Of a stretch of 64,000 nt of DNA, positions 47,067-57,124 are shown piece after piece. Within the stretch, counting starts at the first letter, position 1; each line of letters begins with the position of its first letter. This DNA comes from Longimicrobiales bacterium (GTDB taxonomy: Bacteria > Gemmatimonadota > Gemmatimonadetes > Longimicrobiales > Gaopeijiaceae). Below the pieces are notes generated by a model. That model was not told where the DNA came from and ran no database searches. It worked only from the letters and a program-made list of their open reading frames with translations. The stretch lies in contig CBDAON010000004.1 of the NCBI GenBank assembly GCA_965198065.1, forward strand, positions 32,001-96,000, in the 5' to 3' direction. Both the position numbers and the translations under genes were made by a program.

Positions 47067-49556
47067 ATGAACATCCCAGGGCTCGCCGGACCGTCCTTCC
47101 GCCTCGCCGGCCCCCTCCTACTCCTCTTCCTTGCAGCCCCCTCCGACCCTGTCTCCGCTCAGCTCCGGGGACCGAGCGTTGGGGTCGTCGAGGCCGCGGA
47201 GCTGTTGCGGCAGCTCGACGGCGAGAAGCGGGTGCTCATGATCGGCGCCCACCCGGACGACGAGGACACGTCCATGCTGGCGGCGCTCGCGCGGGGGCAC
47301 GGCGTGCGGACGGCGTACCTTTCTCTCACGCAAGGCGAAGGCGGGCAGAACCTGATCGGCCCCGATCTCGAGGAGGGGCTCGGCCTCATCCGGACTGGCG
47401 AGCTCGTGTCCGCGCGCTTGGTGGACGGCGCCGAGCAGTACTTCTCCCGAGCGATCGACTTCGGGTACTCGAAGACGCTGGAGGAGGCGCTCGGACACTG
47501 GCCGGAGGAGGAACTGGTTGGGGACGTCGTGTGGGTCGTCCGCCTCTTCCGGCCCCACGTCATCCTCTCGGTCTTCACCGGCACACCCTCCGACGGGCAC
47601 GGCCAGCACCAGGCTGCCGGCGTGGCCGCGCGACTCGCGTTCGAGGCGGCAGCCGATCCCTCCCGGTTTGTGGACCAGCTCGCGCTCGGGGTGGAGGCGT
47701 GGGCGACCCCGAAGCTGTACCAGCTTCGGCGGGGCGGGGGCCAGGTGGCGGACGTCCTGGTGGAGACGGGCCAGCTGGACCCCCTGCTGGGGCGGTCGTT
47801 CCACCAGGTCGCGATGGAGAGCCGGAGCCGCCACCGCTCCCAAGCCCAGGGGGCGTCCCAAGCGCCGGGGCCGCGGGCCTCCGGGGGGACTCTCGTGGAG
47901 AGCCGCGTGTCGGGCTCGGGCGTCGAGGACGGGTTCTTCGTCGGGATCGACACGACGCTCGTGGGGATCGCTCGGGCCGCGGGGGGGCCGGCCGAGGCCG
48001 TCCTGCTGGAGCTGATACGGGCGTACCGCGAAGCCCTGTTGGCGGCGGCGGAGACGTTGCAGGTCGCCGATCCCGAGCCCGCCGTGGCCCATCTTGTCAC
48101 CGCCCTGAGCCACCTCGAGGACGCCCGGGCGGTCGCAGCCGAGGCGCCGGCGGGCCCCGGCCGCACTGAACTGGTGAACGTACTTGAGAGGCGGGGGGCG
48201 ACGCTGGCTCGCGCAATTGCCGCAGTTGGAGGGATCGTGATGGACGCCCGCGCCGACCGGGCGCGGGTGAGCCCTGGGGAAACGATCGGAGTGGACGTCG
48301 TCGTGTGGAACGGGGGCGCGCGTGAGATCGTCGTGACCGCGGTCGATCTGGCCCTTCCGAGCGGATGGACGTCCAGCGGACCCGTGTCGGCTCCCTACGC
48401 GGTACCCCCGGGCGAGCTTGAGACGATCGAGATCACGGTGGAGGTGCCCGAGTCCGCGGAGATCGAGAGGGCCGCGAGCTACGTGGGGGTGGAGCGAGCG
48501 TCCGGCGAGTACCGGGTTCCGCTCCACGTGCTTCCGCGGATGGCCGTCCAGGTGGAGCGGAGGAGCATGGCCTGGCCGGCTGGGGAGGCGGGGGCACGGC
48601 CAGTTTCGGTCCGGGTGTCGAACCTCTCCGCTGCGGGGACCGAGGGCGAGCTCAGGCTGATCCCCCGCGCTGGGTGGACGGTTTCCCCGGAGCTCCACCC
48701 TGTGGAGCTACCCGAGCCCGGAGGCGAGGCGACGTTCGCCTTCCAGATCCGGCCGACCCCCGGGGCCGCCCCGGGTGTCGCGGGGTTCCGTGCGGTGGTG
48801 ACCGATGGGGGAGGGGAGCTCGACGAAAGCGTGGTAATGGTGGACTACCCGCACATCGAGCCGGCGCCGCTCATCGAGCCAGCCGAGCTCTGGGTGTCGT
48901 ACTTCCCCGTCCGGGTCGCTGAGGGGCTGAGGGTGGGGTACGTCCAGGGCCCGGGGGCGGGCGACCTCACCGGCCTGGCCGACCTCGGCGTGGACGTGGA
49001 GGCGCTCGTCCCAGAGGACCTCCGCTCGGGCTCGCTGGATCGGTTCACGACCATCCTCGTCGGAATCCGAGCCTACGAGACGAGAGACGACCTCGTGGCG
49101 TCGAACCAGCGGCTTCTCGATTTCGCACGGGACGGGGGAACGGTCGTCGTTCAATACAATCAGTACGCGTTCGCGAACGGGGACTTCGCCCCCTACCCGG
49201 TCGAGATGGCCCGCCCGCACGATCGGGTCACGGACCCGGACGCGGAGGTCACGTTCCTGGATCCGGGACACCGGGCCCTGACGGCTCCGAATCCGCTCTC
49301 CGCCTCGGACTTCGAGGGATGGGTGCAGGAGCGGGGGCTCTACTTCCTAAACCGGTGGGACGACCGCTACACGCCCCTCCTCCGAATGGCGGACCCGGGA
49401 GAGGAGCCGAACAGCGGCTCCCTGGTCGTCGCGCGAGTGGGAGAAGGAGCCTACGTGTACACGGGGCTGGCGCTCTTCCGCCAGCTTCCGCGAGGCCTGC
49501 CGGGCGCGTTCCGAATCCTCGCGAACCTGATCTCTCTCCGCGGCTCGGAGTTGTAA
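47067..49556 (+). CDS. Exported PIG-L/LmbE family deacetylase with Ig-like (NEW3-like) and C-terminal GATase-like domains
   Basis: Signal peptide; AHPDDED, GEGGQN, HGQH; GIRAY, WVQERGLYF. Confidence 0.88.
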   Translation: MNIPGLAGPSFRLAGPLLLLFLAAPSDPVSAQLRGPSVGVVEAAELLRQLDGEKRVLMIGAHPDDEDTSMLAALARGHGVRTAYLSLTQGEGGQNLIGPDLEEGLGLIRTGELVSARLVDGAEQYFSRAIDFGYSKTLEEALGHWPEEELVGDVVWVVRLFRPHVILSVFTGTPSDGHGQHQAAGVAARLAFEAAADPSRFVDQLALGVEAWATPKLYQLRRGGGQVADVLVETGQLDPLLGRSFHQVAMESRSRHRSQAQGASQAPGPRASGGTLVESRVSGSGVEDGFFVGIDTTLVGIARAAGGPAEAVLLELIRAYREALLAAAETLQVADPEPAVAHLVTALSHLEDARAVAAEAPAGPGRTELVNVLERRGATLARAIAAVGGIVMDARADRARVSPGETIGVDVVVWNGGAREIVVTAVDLALPSGWTSSGPVSAPYAVPPGELETIEITVEVPESAEIERAASYVGVERASGEYRVPLHVLPRMAVQVERRSMAWPAGEAGARPVSVRVSNLSAAGTEGELRLIPRAGWTVSPELHPVELPEPGGEATFAFQIRPTPGAAPGVAGFRAVVTDGGGELDESVVMVDYPHIEPAPLIEPAELWVSYFPVRVAEGLRVGYVQGPGAGDLTGLADLGVDVEALVPEDLRSGSLDRFTTILVGIRAYETRDDLVASNQRLLDFARDGGTVVVQYNQYAFANGDFAPYPVEMARPHDRVTDPDAEVTFLDPGHRALTAPNPLSASDFEGWVQERGLYFLNRWDDRYTPLLRMADPGEEPNSGSLVVARVGEGAYVYTGLALFRQLPRGLPGAFRILANLISLRGSEL

Positions 49557-49574
49557 CGCCCGTTCCGGAGCTTC

Positions 49575-50627
49575 ATGCGCCGAAGTTCTCTCACCCGGGT
49601 CGGAAGCCTACTGTTCGTGGCCAGCCTGTGGGCCTGCGACGGCGGTAGGGGAGACGCGCTCGTCGTCTACACTCCGCACGGAACGGATCTGTTGGAGCAT
49701 TTCGCGGCCCGGTTCCAGGCCCTGAACCCCGAGATCGTCGTAGAGTGGCTGGACATGGGATCCCAGGAGGTGCTAGACCGGCTCCGATCGGAGCGGGCGA
49801 ACCCGCAGGCGGACGTCTGGTGGGGCGCACCGGCCGAGATCTTTGTGCAGGGCGCAGAGGACGGGCTCCTCGATCCGTATCGGCCCACCTGGGCCGAAGC
49901 GCTTCCACCGGAGGGCCGCGGGCCCGGGGACCTCTGGTTCGCGACGTACCTCACACCGGAGGTCATTGCGTACAACTCGGACGCGGTCTCCGCGGACGAG
50001 GCGCCGAGGGAGTGGGACGACGTGCTGGACCCGCGCTGGCGCGGGGAGGTTCTGATCCGGGATCCGCTCGCGTCCGGGACGATGCGCGCCATCTTTTCGG
50101 CGATCATCTGGCGGGAGTCGCGGGGCACCGGTGACCCCTCGGCCGGATACGAGTGGCTCCTCCGCCTGGACGCGCAGACGAGGGAGTACGTGTTGAACCC
50201 GACCCTCCTGTATCAAAAGCTCGCTCGCCAGGAGGGGATGGTGACGCTCTGGGCCATGCCGGACATCGAAACGCTTCGCGCGACGACCGACTATCCCATC
50301 GATTACGTGATTCCCGAGGGAGGCACGCCGGTCGTGATCGACGGGGTCGCAGTTGTCCGCGGCACCCGCCACCCCGAGCTGGCACGCGCGTTTGTGGAGT
50401 ACGTGGGGAGCGAGGAGGCGCTCATCGAGGCCGCCCAGTCGTTTTTCCGAATCCCCGCGCGAGACGACGTGGATCCCGCGCGCCTCCCAGAGTGGCTCAG
50501 GCAGTCCCTCACCAGCATTCGCCCCATGGAAGTGGATGCCGAGCTCGTCCGGGAGCGGACCCCGGAGTGGATGAGATACTGGGACGCGAACATCCGCAGA
50601 AGGGGCGAGGCTCTCGGCTATGAGTGA
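49575..50627 (+). CDS. ABC importer substrate-binding lipoprotein (FbpA/AfuA-like)
   Basis: Lipobox LWAC; NPQADVWWG, DPLASGT, PEGGT. Confidence 0.88.
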   Translation: MRRSSLTRVGSLLFVASLWACDGGRGDALVVYTPHGTDLLEHFAARFQALNPEIVVEWLDMGSQEVLDRLRSERANPQADVWWGAPAEIFVQGAEDGLLDPYRPTWAEALPPEGRGPGDLWFATYLTPEVIAYNSDAVSADEAPREWDDVLDPRWRGEVLIRDPLASGTMRAIFSAIIWRESRGTGDPSAGYEWLLRLDAQTREYVLNPTLLYQKLARQEGMVTLWAMPDIETLRATTDYPIDYVIPEGGTPVVIDGVAVVRGTRHPELARAFVEYVGSEEALIEAAQSFFRIPARDDVDPARLPEWLRQSLTSIRPMEVDAELVRERTPEWMRYWDANIRRRGEALGYE

Positions 50628-51762
50628 GGGGAGGGAAGATGGGATCCTTCACCTCGATCGAGTCTCGCGCCGCTTCCCGGAGGTCGTAGCCGTCGATCAA
50701 CTCTCGCTCATGGTAGGGGCGGGGGAGCTCGTCACCCTCCTCGGCCCCTCCGGGTGCGGGAAGACCACCGCCCTTCGACTCATCGCCGGATTCGATACGC
50801 CCGACGAGGGCCGCGTCTGGTTCGAGGGGCGGGACGTCACGACCCGGAAGCCCCAGGAGCGCGGCTTCGGGATGGTGTTCCAGAGCTACGCGCTCTTCCC
50901 CCACCTGAACGTGTTCGAGAACGTGGCCTTCGGGCTCCGCGCCCGCGGGATACCCGAGCCTCGCCTCCGGGAGCGCGTAGCATCCGCGCTGGAGCTCGTG
51001 GCGCTCCCGGATCACGGGGACCGGGCTGTCCAGGCCCTTTCGGGCGGGCAGCAGCAGCGGGTCGCCCTTGCCCGGGCGATCGCGACCGAGCCACCGCTCC
51101 TCCTCCTAGACGAGCCGCTCTCGAATTTGGATCAGACGCTCCGGGTGAAGACGCGCGCGGAGCTCCGAGGCCTCGTGAGAGAGCTCGGCATCACGGCGAT
51201 CTTCGTGACCCATGATCAGGAGGAGGCGTTCGACCTCTCGGATCGGATCGGGGTGATGCGGTCCGGGAGGCTCGTCCAGATCGGGAGCCCGCGGGCTCTG
51301 TACGAGGAACCGGCCGACCGGTTCGTGGCGAGCTTCGTGGGACGGGCGAGCTCGCTCGCGGTGACCCTCGAGACGACCGGTGTCCGGATCTCGGACGGCG
51401 TGGTCTGGCCGTTCTCGGGCCCGGCCACCGGAGGATCTGGGTCCTCCGGGGCGGCCCGCCCCACGCCCGGCTCCCTGGCCATCCTGCTCTTTCGGCCCGA
51501 GGAGCTCGCGCTCGTGGACGGGGAGCCGGACCCGGATCTGGGCGCCCCCCTCCTTGGAGTGGTCCGCGACCGCCGCTTCCGGGGACGTTCAGCCCTCTTT
51601 CAGGTGGAAGTGGAGGCGCGGGCGCCGGGCTCCGCGCCCTCGTCGGTGCGGGCGGTCGTCGAGGTGCTGGGCCCGCCCGGTGGTCCCGCCCCGGGAACGA
51701 CTGTGAGGATCCAACCCCGAAAGGGTGCCCGGCTCCACCTGTTTCCCGAGGAGCCGGCGTGA
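50620..51762 (+). CDS. ABC importer ATP-binding subunit (FbpC/PotA-like)
   Basis: GPSGCGKT, LSGGQQQR, LLLDEPLSNLD, VTHDQEEA. Confidence 0.94.
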   Translation: MSEGREDGILHLDRVSRRFPEVVAVDQLSLMVGAGELVTLLGPSGCGKTTALRLIAGFDTPDEGRVWFEGRDVTTRKPQERGFGMVFQSYALFPHLNVFENVAFGLRARGIPEPRLRERVASALELVALPDHGDRAVQALSGGQQQRVALARAIATEPPLLLLDEPLSNLDQTLRVKTRAELRGLVRELGITAIFVTHDQEEAFDLSDRIGVMRSGRLVQIGSPRALYEEPADRFVASFVGRASSLAVTLETTGVRISDGVVWPFSGPATGGSGSSGAARPTPGSLAILLFRPEELALVDGEPDPDLGAPLLGVVRDRRFRGRSALFQVEVEARAPGSAPSSVRAVVEVLGPPGGPAPGTTVRIQPRKGARLHLFPEEPA

Positions 51763-51865
51763 GCGAGCCGCCGATGGCCGGGGCTCCGGCGGTTCGACGA
51801 CGTTCCGCAACTCGACGGCATCCCGCGGTTCAGCGTCCCCCGGTTCCCAAGCGTACCCGGGTTCC

Positions 51866-53545
51866 GTGACTCAGGGATCGAAGGCGCCTTGGTGGCTCGC
51901 CTTTCCCTTGGTCGCGGTCCTACTCTGGGCGATCCTCTACCCGAACCTGTTCGTGCTCAGGGATTCGGCGTGGGTCGACGGAGCCCTGTCGTTGGAGGGA
52001 TACCGGACGTTCCTCACGAGCCGTGCCGAGCTCGAGGCGCTCTGGGGAAGCCTCTGGATCAGCGCCGGAACCGTGGCCCTGTCGGCGGCCATCGGCATCC
52101 CACTCGGATTCGCGTTCTCGTACTTAGACTTTCCCGGAAGAGCCTTCTTCGGCGCCCTTGCGGCGGTGCCGGTCCTTCTCCCGCCTCTCGTGGGGGTGAT
52201 CGCATTCCTCTTCCTCTACGGGGAGAGCGGGATCCTGACCCGCACGGTGCAGCTCGTCCTGGGGCTGGACAACCCCCCGTGGCGGATGGTCGGTGGGTGG
52301 GCAGTCCTCTTCGTGCACGCGTACACGATGTATGTCTATTTCTATCTCTTCACCACGGCCGGCCTCTCCAGGCTCGATCCGTCGGCCAAGGAGGCCGCCG
52401 AGTCCCTGGGAGCCGGACGCTGGCGTACGCTCTTCTCCGTCACCCTCCCCATGCTCGCTCCGGCCCTCGGTGCCGCCTCGGTCCTGGTCTTCATGACGTC
52501 GATGGCCTCGTTTTCCGCGCCGTACATCTTCGGCGGCGGCTACCGCGTGCTCACGACGCAGATCTTCGCGAGCAAGGTGAACGGGCAGCTCACCATGGCC
52601 GCGGTCGAGACCGTGGGGCTGGCGGCCGCCTCCCTCCTCTTTCTCGTGATCCTCCGAAGGCTCGAGCGGGGCCGCGAGTTCGCGACGGTAGGGAAGGGGT
52701 TGGGTGCCGCCCGGCGCGCCGTCACATCGCGCGCCGCGAGGATAGGCGTGCCCGTTCTGGGCGTGGGTGCCGTCCTCTTGCTCCTGCTCCCGCACCTGAC
52801 CCTCGTGCTCGTGTCGTTCGTGCCCGAGGGTGCTTGGACGACCCAGATCATCCCGACCCGATACTCGCTCGAGAACTACCGGACGCTCTTCTTGAGCGCT
52901 CAGCTCTGGACACCGGTCCTGAACTCTCTCCAGATGGCCTCGATCGCCACGGCCGCGAACTTGGTGTTCTGCTTCCTCCTCGCCTACGTGCTCGTCCGAC
53001 GCAGAATTCGGGGGAAGGGAGCCCTCACGCTCCTCATGATGCTCCCGTGGGCGCTCCCCGGTACCGTCATCGCGATCGCGCTCGCGACTGCGTTCTCGGT
53101 GAGCCAGCCGTGGTTCGGGAGATTCGTCCTCGTGGGCACGTTCTGGATCCTGCCGCTCGCCTACTTCGTGCGAAACGTGCCCCTGGTCGCGCAGGCGGCC
53201 ATGGCCTCGTTCCGGCAATACGACTCCTCCGTTGAGGAGGCCGCGGAGTCGCTCGGCGCGAGCTGGTTCACAGTGATGCGGAGGGTCGCGGTGCCCCTGG
53301 TCCTCCCGGGTCTGGCCGCGGGCGGGCTGCTCGCGTTCGTCACGGCCCTAGGAGAATTCGTCTCGTCGATCCTCTTGTACACGTACCGGTCCCGGCCAAT
53401 CTCGGTCGAGATCCTGTCCCAGCTCCGGGCGTTCGACTTCGGGGCCGCCGCCGCCCTCGGTGTCGTGCTCGCTTTCCTGATGGCCGCCGTCTTCGGGTTC
53501 GGAGAACGATGGGTGAGGGGTGGGATGGTCGGCTCCGGAAGCTGA
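51866..53545 (+). CDS. ABC importer permease with two EAA loops (FbpB-like); start uncertain
   Basis: EAAESLGA occurs twice; about 12 TM segments. Confidence 0.9.
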   Translation: MTQGSKAPWWLAFPLVAVLLWAILYPNLFVLRDSAWVDGALSLEGYRTFLTSRAELEALWGSLWISAGTVALSAAIGIPLGFAFSYLDFPGRAFFGALAAVPVLLPPLVGVIAFLFLYGESGILTRTVQLVLGLDNPPWRMVGGWAVLFVHAYTMYVYFYLFTTAGLSRLDPSAKEAAESLGAGRWRTLFSVTLPMLAPALGAASVLVFMTSMASFSAPYIFGGGYRVLTTQIFASKVNGQLTMAAVETVGLAAASLLFLVILRRLERGREFATVGKGLGAARRAVTSRAARIGVPVLGVGAVLLLLLPHLTLVLVSFVPEGAWTTQIIPTRYSLENYRTLFLSAQLWTPVLNSLQMASIATAANLVFCFLLAYVLVRRRIRGKGALTLLMMLPWALPGTVIAIALATAFSVSQPWFGRFVLVGTFWILPLAYFVRNVPLVAQAAMASFRQYDSSVEEAAESLGASWFTVMRRVAVPLVLPGLAAGGLLAFVTALGEFVSSILLYTYRSRPISVEILSQLRAFDFGAAAALGVVLAFLMAAVFGFGERWVRGGMVGSGS

Positions 53546-53618
53546 GGCGGCCGCGCAGCCGCCCATGGGAGCGCTCCTGCGGTCGGATACGCCTCCCGAT
53601 GTCGAGCTCGAGTCTCCC

Positions 53619-56600
53619 CTAGATCTCCTCGGTGTCGGGCACGGGTCCCAGGCGCATAAGGAGCTCCCCGGGCGTCACCTCATCCCCCTGACGAACCAGC
53701 ACCTCCTCCACGACTGAGTCACGGGGCGCCGCCACAGCCGTCTCCATTTTCATGGCCTCGGCGATCAGGAGGGGCGCTCCCCGGGGCACGGAATCCCCTG
53801 GATGCACCAGAACCCGAGTGACCTTCCCCGGCATCGTGGCGCCGACCTGCGTCCACTCCCCTGGGTCGGCCTTCGGGCGGAGCAGCGGCGCGTCCGCCAC
53901 CGCCTTCTCGTCCTCGATCCGCACCTCGCGCGCGTGGCCGTTCAGCTCGAAGAGAACGGTCCGCGTCCCGTCGGGTCGCTCCTCTCCCACGGATATGAGT
54001 CGAATGATCAGGACCTTCCCCGGCTCGATCTCGACGGCCACCCGCTCTCCGAGCTCGAGCCCGTAGAAGAACGTCGGCGTGTCGAGCACGGACGTGTCCC
54101 CATACTCGCTCCGATGCTCCACGAACGACCGAAAGACGTCCGGGAAGAGGATGGAGCTCAGGACATCACGGTCGGTGACCTCCCGGGGCACCGCGTCACC
54201 GGCCGTGAGGATCCGGATGTTCTCCCGGATGGGCTCGAAGTCGACCTGGGAAAGGAAGGCGCCCGGGCGATCCGAGAGCGGCTCCTCGCCCTTGAGCACG
54301 GCCGCCTGAAGCTCCATCGGAAACCCGTACGGCGGACGTCCGAGCCGGCCCTTGAGAAGCCCGACGACGGAATCCGGGAAGATGAGCTCCGGTGCCCGGG
54401 CCAGAAGGGTCTCGCCGGTGAGCTCGTTTTGGACCATGAAGAGGGCCAGATCCCCCACGGCTTTGGACGACGGCGTGACCTTGATCAGCTCGCCCAAGAG
54501 GGCGTCGGCCTCCCCGTAGGCGCGGACGACCTCGCGCCAGCGTGTCTTGAAGCCCAGGGCCGCTGCCTGCTGTTTCAGGTTCGTGAACTGACCGCCCGGA
54601 ACCTGGTGGCGGTAAACGCCAGCGTCGGGATGCACGGGGCCACCCTCGAGAAACCCGTAGTATGCCCTCACGGCAGCCCAGTAGTCCTCGAGAGGCTGCA
54701 CAGCGTCCAGGTCGAGCGTGGGCTCCCGCTCCGTTCCGCGAAGCGCGGCGGCGATTGCCCGGAGGCTCGGCTGTGACGTTCCCCCGGCCAGCGCGTCGAT
54801 GCAGCCGTCCACGACGTCGGCTCCGGCGAGAGCCGCCCTGGCGGCGGTGGCGACTCCCACTCCGGCGCTGTCGTGCGTGTGGAGGTGCACCGGGATGCCG
54901 ATGGCCTCCTTCAGGGCGCTGACCAGCCGGTGGGCTGCCTCCGGCTTCAGGAGGCCCGCCATGTCCTTGATCCCCAGAATGTGCGCCCCCGCACCCTCGA
55001 GCTCGCGTGCCAGGTCCACGTAATAGCTCAGGTCGTACTTCTTTCGGCCCTTCTCCAGGAGGTCACCCGTGTAGCAAAGGGCCACCTCCGCCACCTTCCC
55101 CTCTGCCCTCACGGCGTCAATTGCGACGCGCATATTGGGGAGCCAGTTCAGGGAATCGAAGATCCGGAAGATGTCGACCCCCGCTGCGGCCGCCTCCCGC
55201 ACGAACGCCCGAACCACGTTGTCCGGGTACGCCGAGTACCCAAGCAGGCTCTGCCCCCGGAGGAGCATCTGGAGGAGGACGTGGGGGATCTTCTCCCGGG
55301 TGGCCGCAAGCCTCTCCCACGGATCTTCCTTGAGGAAGCGGTAGGCCGTATCGAAGGTGGCACCGCCCCAGACCTCCATCGAGAACAGGTCCGCTGCGAG
55401 CCGCCCGGTCGCCTCCGCGATCCGAAGGAGATCCGCGCTCCGCATGCGGGTGGCAAGGAGGGACTGGTGGGCATCCCGGAACGTCGTGTCGGTGAGGACG
55501 ACCGGCCCATGGGCGAGCAGGCGATCCGAGAGGGCCTCCGGCCCCCGCTCGTCCAGGCATGTCTTCAGGGTGTCCGCCGGCGGCCGCCAATCGGGTCGAA
55601 AGGCCGGCACGGGAACGGGTCTGAACGCGGGCTTCTGGCGGGCTCGGGGGCCGCCTTCCTGACCGTTCACGACGATGCGCCCGATGTAACGCAGCAGGCG
55701 AGTCCCCCGATCCTTCCGCGGCCGGAAGTCGAAGAGCTCTTCGTGATCCTCGACGAACCCGGTGTCCACCCGCCCCGCGAGGAAGTCCGGGTGGGTGACG
55801 ACGTTCTCGAGGAAGGGGATGTTCGTCTTCACCCCCCGAATCCGGAACTCCGCGAGGGCCCGGTGCATCTTCTGCGCCGCGTCCTCGAAGCGGAGCGCGG
55901 TCGTGCACACCTTCACGAGAAGCGAGTCGTAGTGCGGGCTAATGTAGGCCCCCGAGAACGCGGTCGCTCCATCCAGCCGCACGCCGAAGCCGCCCGGTGA
56001 TCGGTAGTGCGCGATCCGTCCAGCGTCCGGAAGGAAGTCGCGCTCCGGGTCCTCCGTCGTCACACGGCATTGGATCGCGAACCCCCTCGCATCCGGGATC
56101 GGGTCCGGCAGGCCCGCGCTCGCGAGATCGTGCCCTTCAGCGATCCGGATCTGCGCCTGCACGATATCCACGCCCAGCACCAGCTCCGTGACCGTGTGCT
56201 CGACCTGAATGCGGGGGTTCACTTCGATAAAGTGGAAGGCGCCCGGTTCCTCGACGAGGAACTCGACCGTGCCCGCCCCACGGTATCTGGTGCCGTCCAT
56301 GAGCGTCTTGGCCGCCGCGCAGACCGCGCGTTGGATCTCTTCCGAGAGCCCGACCGCCGGTGCGACCTCGATCACCTTCTGGTGCCGGCGTTGAATGGAG
56401 CAGTCCCGTTCCCAGAGGTGCTCGATCTGTCCCGCGGCGTCCCCGAGCACCTGTACCTCGATGTGCCGGGGGCGCTGGAGGAAGCGTTCCAAGTAGACGG
56501 TGCCGTCTCCGAACGACGCCTCCGCCTCTCGCCGGGCCACCGGAAAGACAGTCTCGAGCTCCGCCGGGTCCCGAGCCACACGCATCCCGCGTCCCCCACC

Positions 56601-57095
56601 TCCCGCCGCCGCCTTCACGATCACGGGAAAGCCCGCGCTCCTGGCGAAGGCCAGCGCCTCCTCCGCCGTGTCCACCCGATCATCGGTTCCGGGAAGCGTG
56701 GGTACGCCCCGCGAGCGGGCCAGCTCGCGAGCGCGGAGCTTGTCCCCGAAGAGCTCGAGGTGCTCTGGGGACGGCCCGATGAACGCCAGGCCCTCCTCCG
56801 CGCAACGCCGGGCGAACGCCGGGTTTTCTGCGAGGAACCCGTACCCCGGATGGATGGCATCTACCCGACGCTCGACCGCGAGCGCCAGGATCGCCTCGAT
56901 GTTCAGGTACGACTCGACCGGCCCACCCGCATGCTGGAGGAGGTAGGCCTCGTCCGCCTTGTATCGGTGGAGAGCGAGGGAGTCCTCCTCGCTGTAGATC
57001 GCGACGGTGCGCTTGCCGAGCTCCGTGCAGGCGCGGAAAACCCGAATGGCGATCTCGCCGCGATTCGTGACGAGGACGCGACGAAAGTCCTTCAC
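53619..57095 (-). CDS. pyc: Pyruvate carboxylase
   Basis: NRGEIA, HPGYGFL, RDCSIQRRHQK, RDAHQSL, KDMAG, HTHD, EAMKME biotinylation site. Confidence 0.97.
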   Translation of the reverse strand: MKDFRRVLVTNRGEIAIRVFRACTELGKRTVAIYSEEDSLALHRYKADEAYLLQHAGGPVESYLNIEAILALAVERRVDAIHPGYGFLAENPAFARRCAEEGLAFIGPSPEHLELFGDKLRARELARSRGVPTLPGTDDRVDTAEEALAFARSAGFPVIVKAAAGGGGRGMRVARDPAELETVFPVARREAEASFGDGTVYLERFLQRPRHIEVQVLGDAAGQIEHLWERDCSIQRRHQKVIEVAPAVGLSEEIQRAVCAAAKTLMDGTRYRGAGTVEFLVEEPGAFHFIEVNPRIQVEHTVTELVLGVDIVQAQIRIAEGHDLASAGLPDPIPDARGFAIQCRVTTEDPERDFLPDAGRIAHYRSPGGFGVRLDGATAFSGAYISPHYDSLLVKVCTTALRFEDAAQKMHRALAEFRIRGVKTNIPFLENVVTHPDFLAGRVDTGFVEDHEELFDFRPRKDRGTRLLRYIGRIVVNGQEGGPRARQKPAFRPVPVPAFRPDWRPPADTLKTCLDERGPEALSDRLLAHGPVVLTDTTFRDAHQSLLATRMRSADLLRIAEATGRLAADLFSMEVWGGATFDTAYRFLKEDPWERLAATREKIPHVLLQMLLRGQSLLGYSAYPDNVVRAFVREAAAAGVDIFRIFDSLNWLPNMRVAIDAVRAEGKVAEVALCYTGDLLEKGRKKYDLSYYVDLARELEGAGAHILGIKDMAGLLKPEAAHRLVSALKEAIGIPVHLHTHDSAGVGVATAARAALAGADVVDGCIDALAGGTSQPSLRAIAAALRGTEREPTLDLDAVQPLEDYWAAVRAYYGFLEGGPVHPDAGVYRHQVPGGQFTNLKQQAAALGFKTRWREVVRAYGEADALLGELIKVTPSSKAVGDLALFMVQNELTGETLLARAPELIFPDSVVGLLKGRLGRPPYGFPMELQAAVLKGEEPLSDRPGAFLSQVDFEPIRENIRILTAGDAVPREVTDRDVLSSILFPDVFRSFVEHRSEYGDTSVLDTPTFFYGLELGERVAVEIEPGKVLIIRLISVGEERPDGTRTVLFELNGHAREVRIEDEKAVADAPLLRPKADPGEWTQVGATMPGKVTRVLVHPGDSVPRGAPLLIAEAMKMETAVAAPRDSVVEEVLVRQGDEVTPGELLMRLGPVPDTEEI

Positions 57096-57124
57096 GTTGG
57101 CGCCGGCAAGGACCCCTCGGGCGC

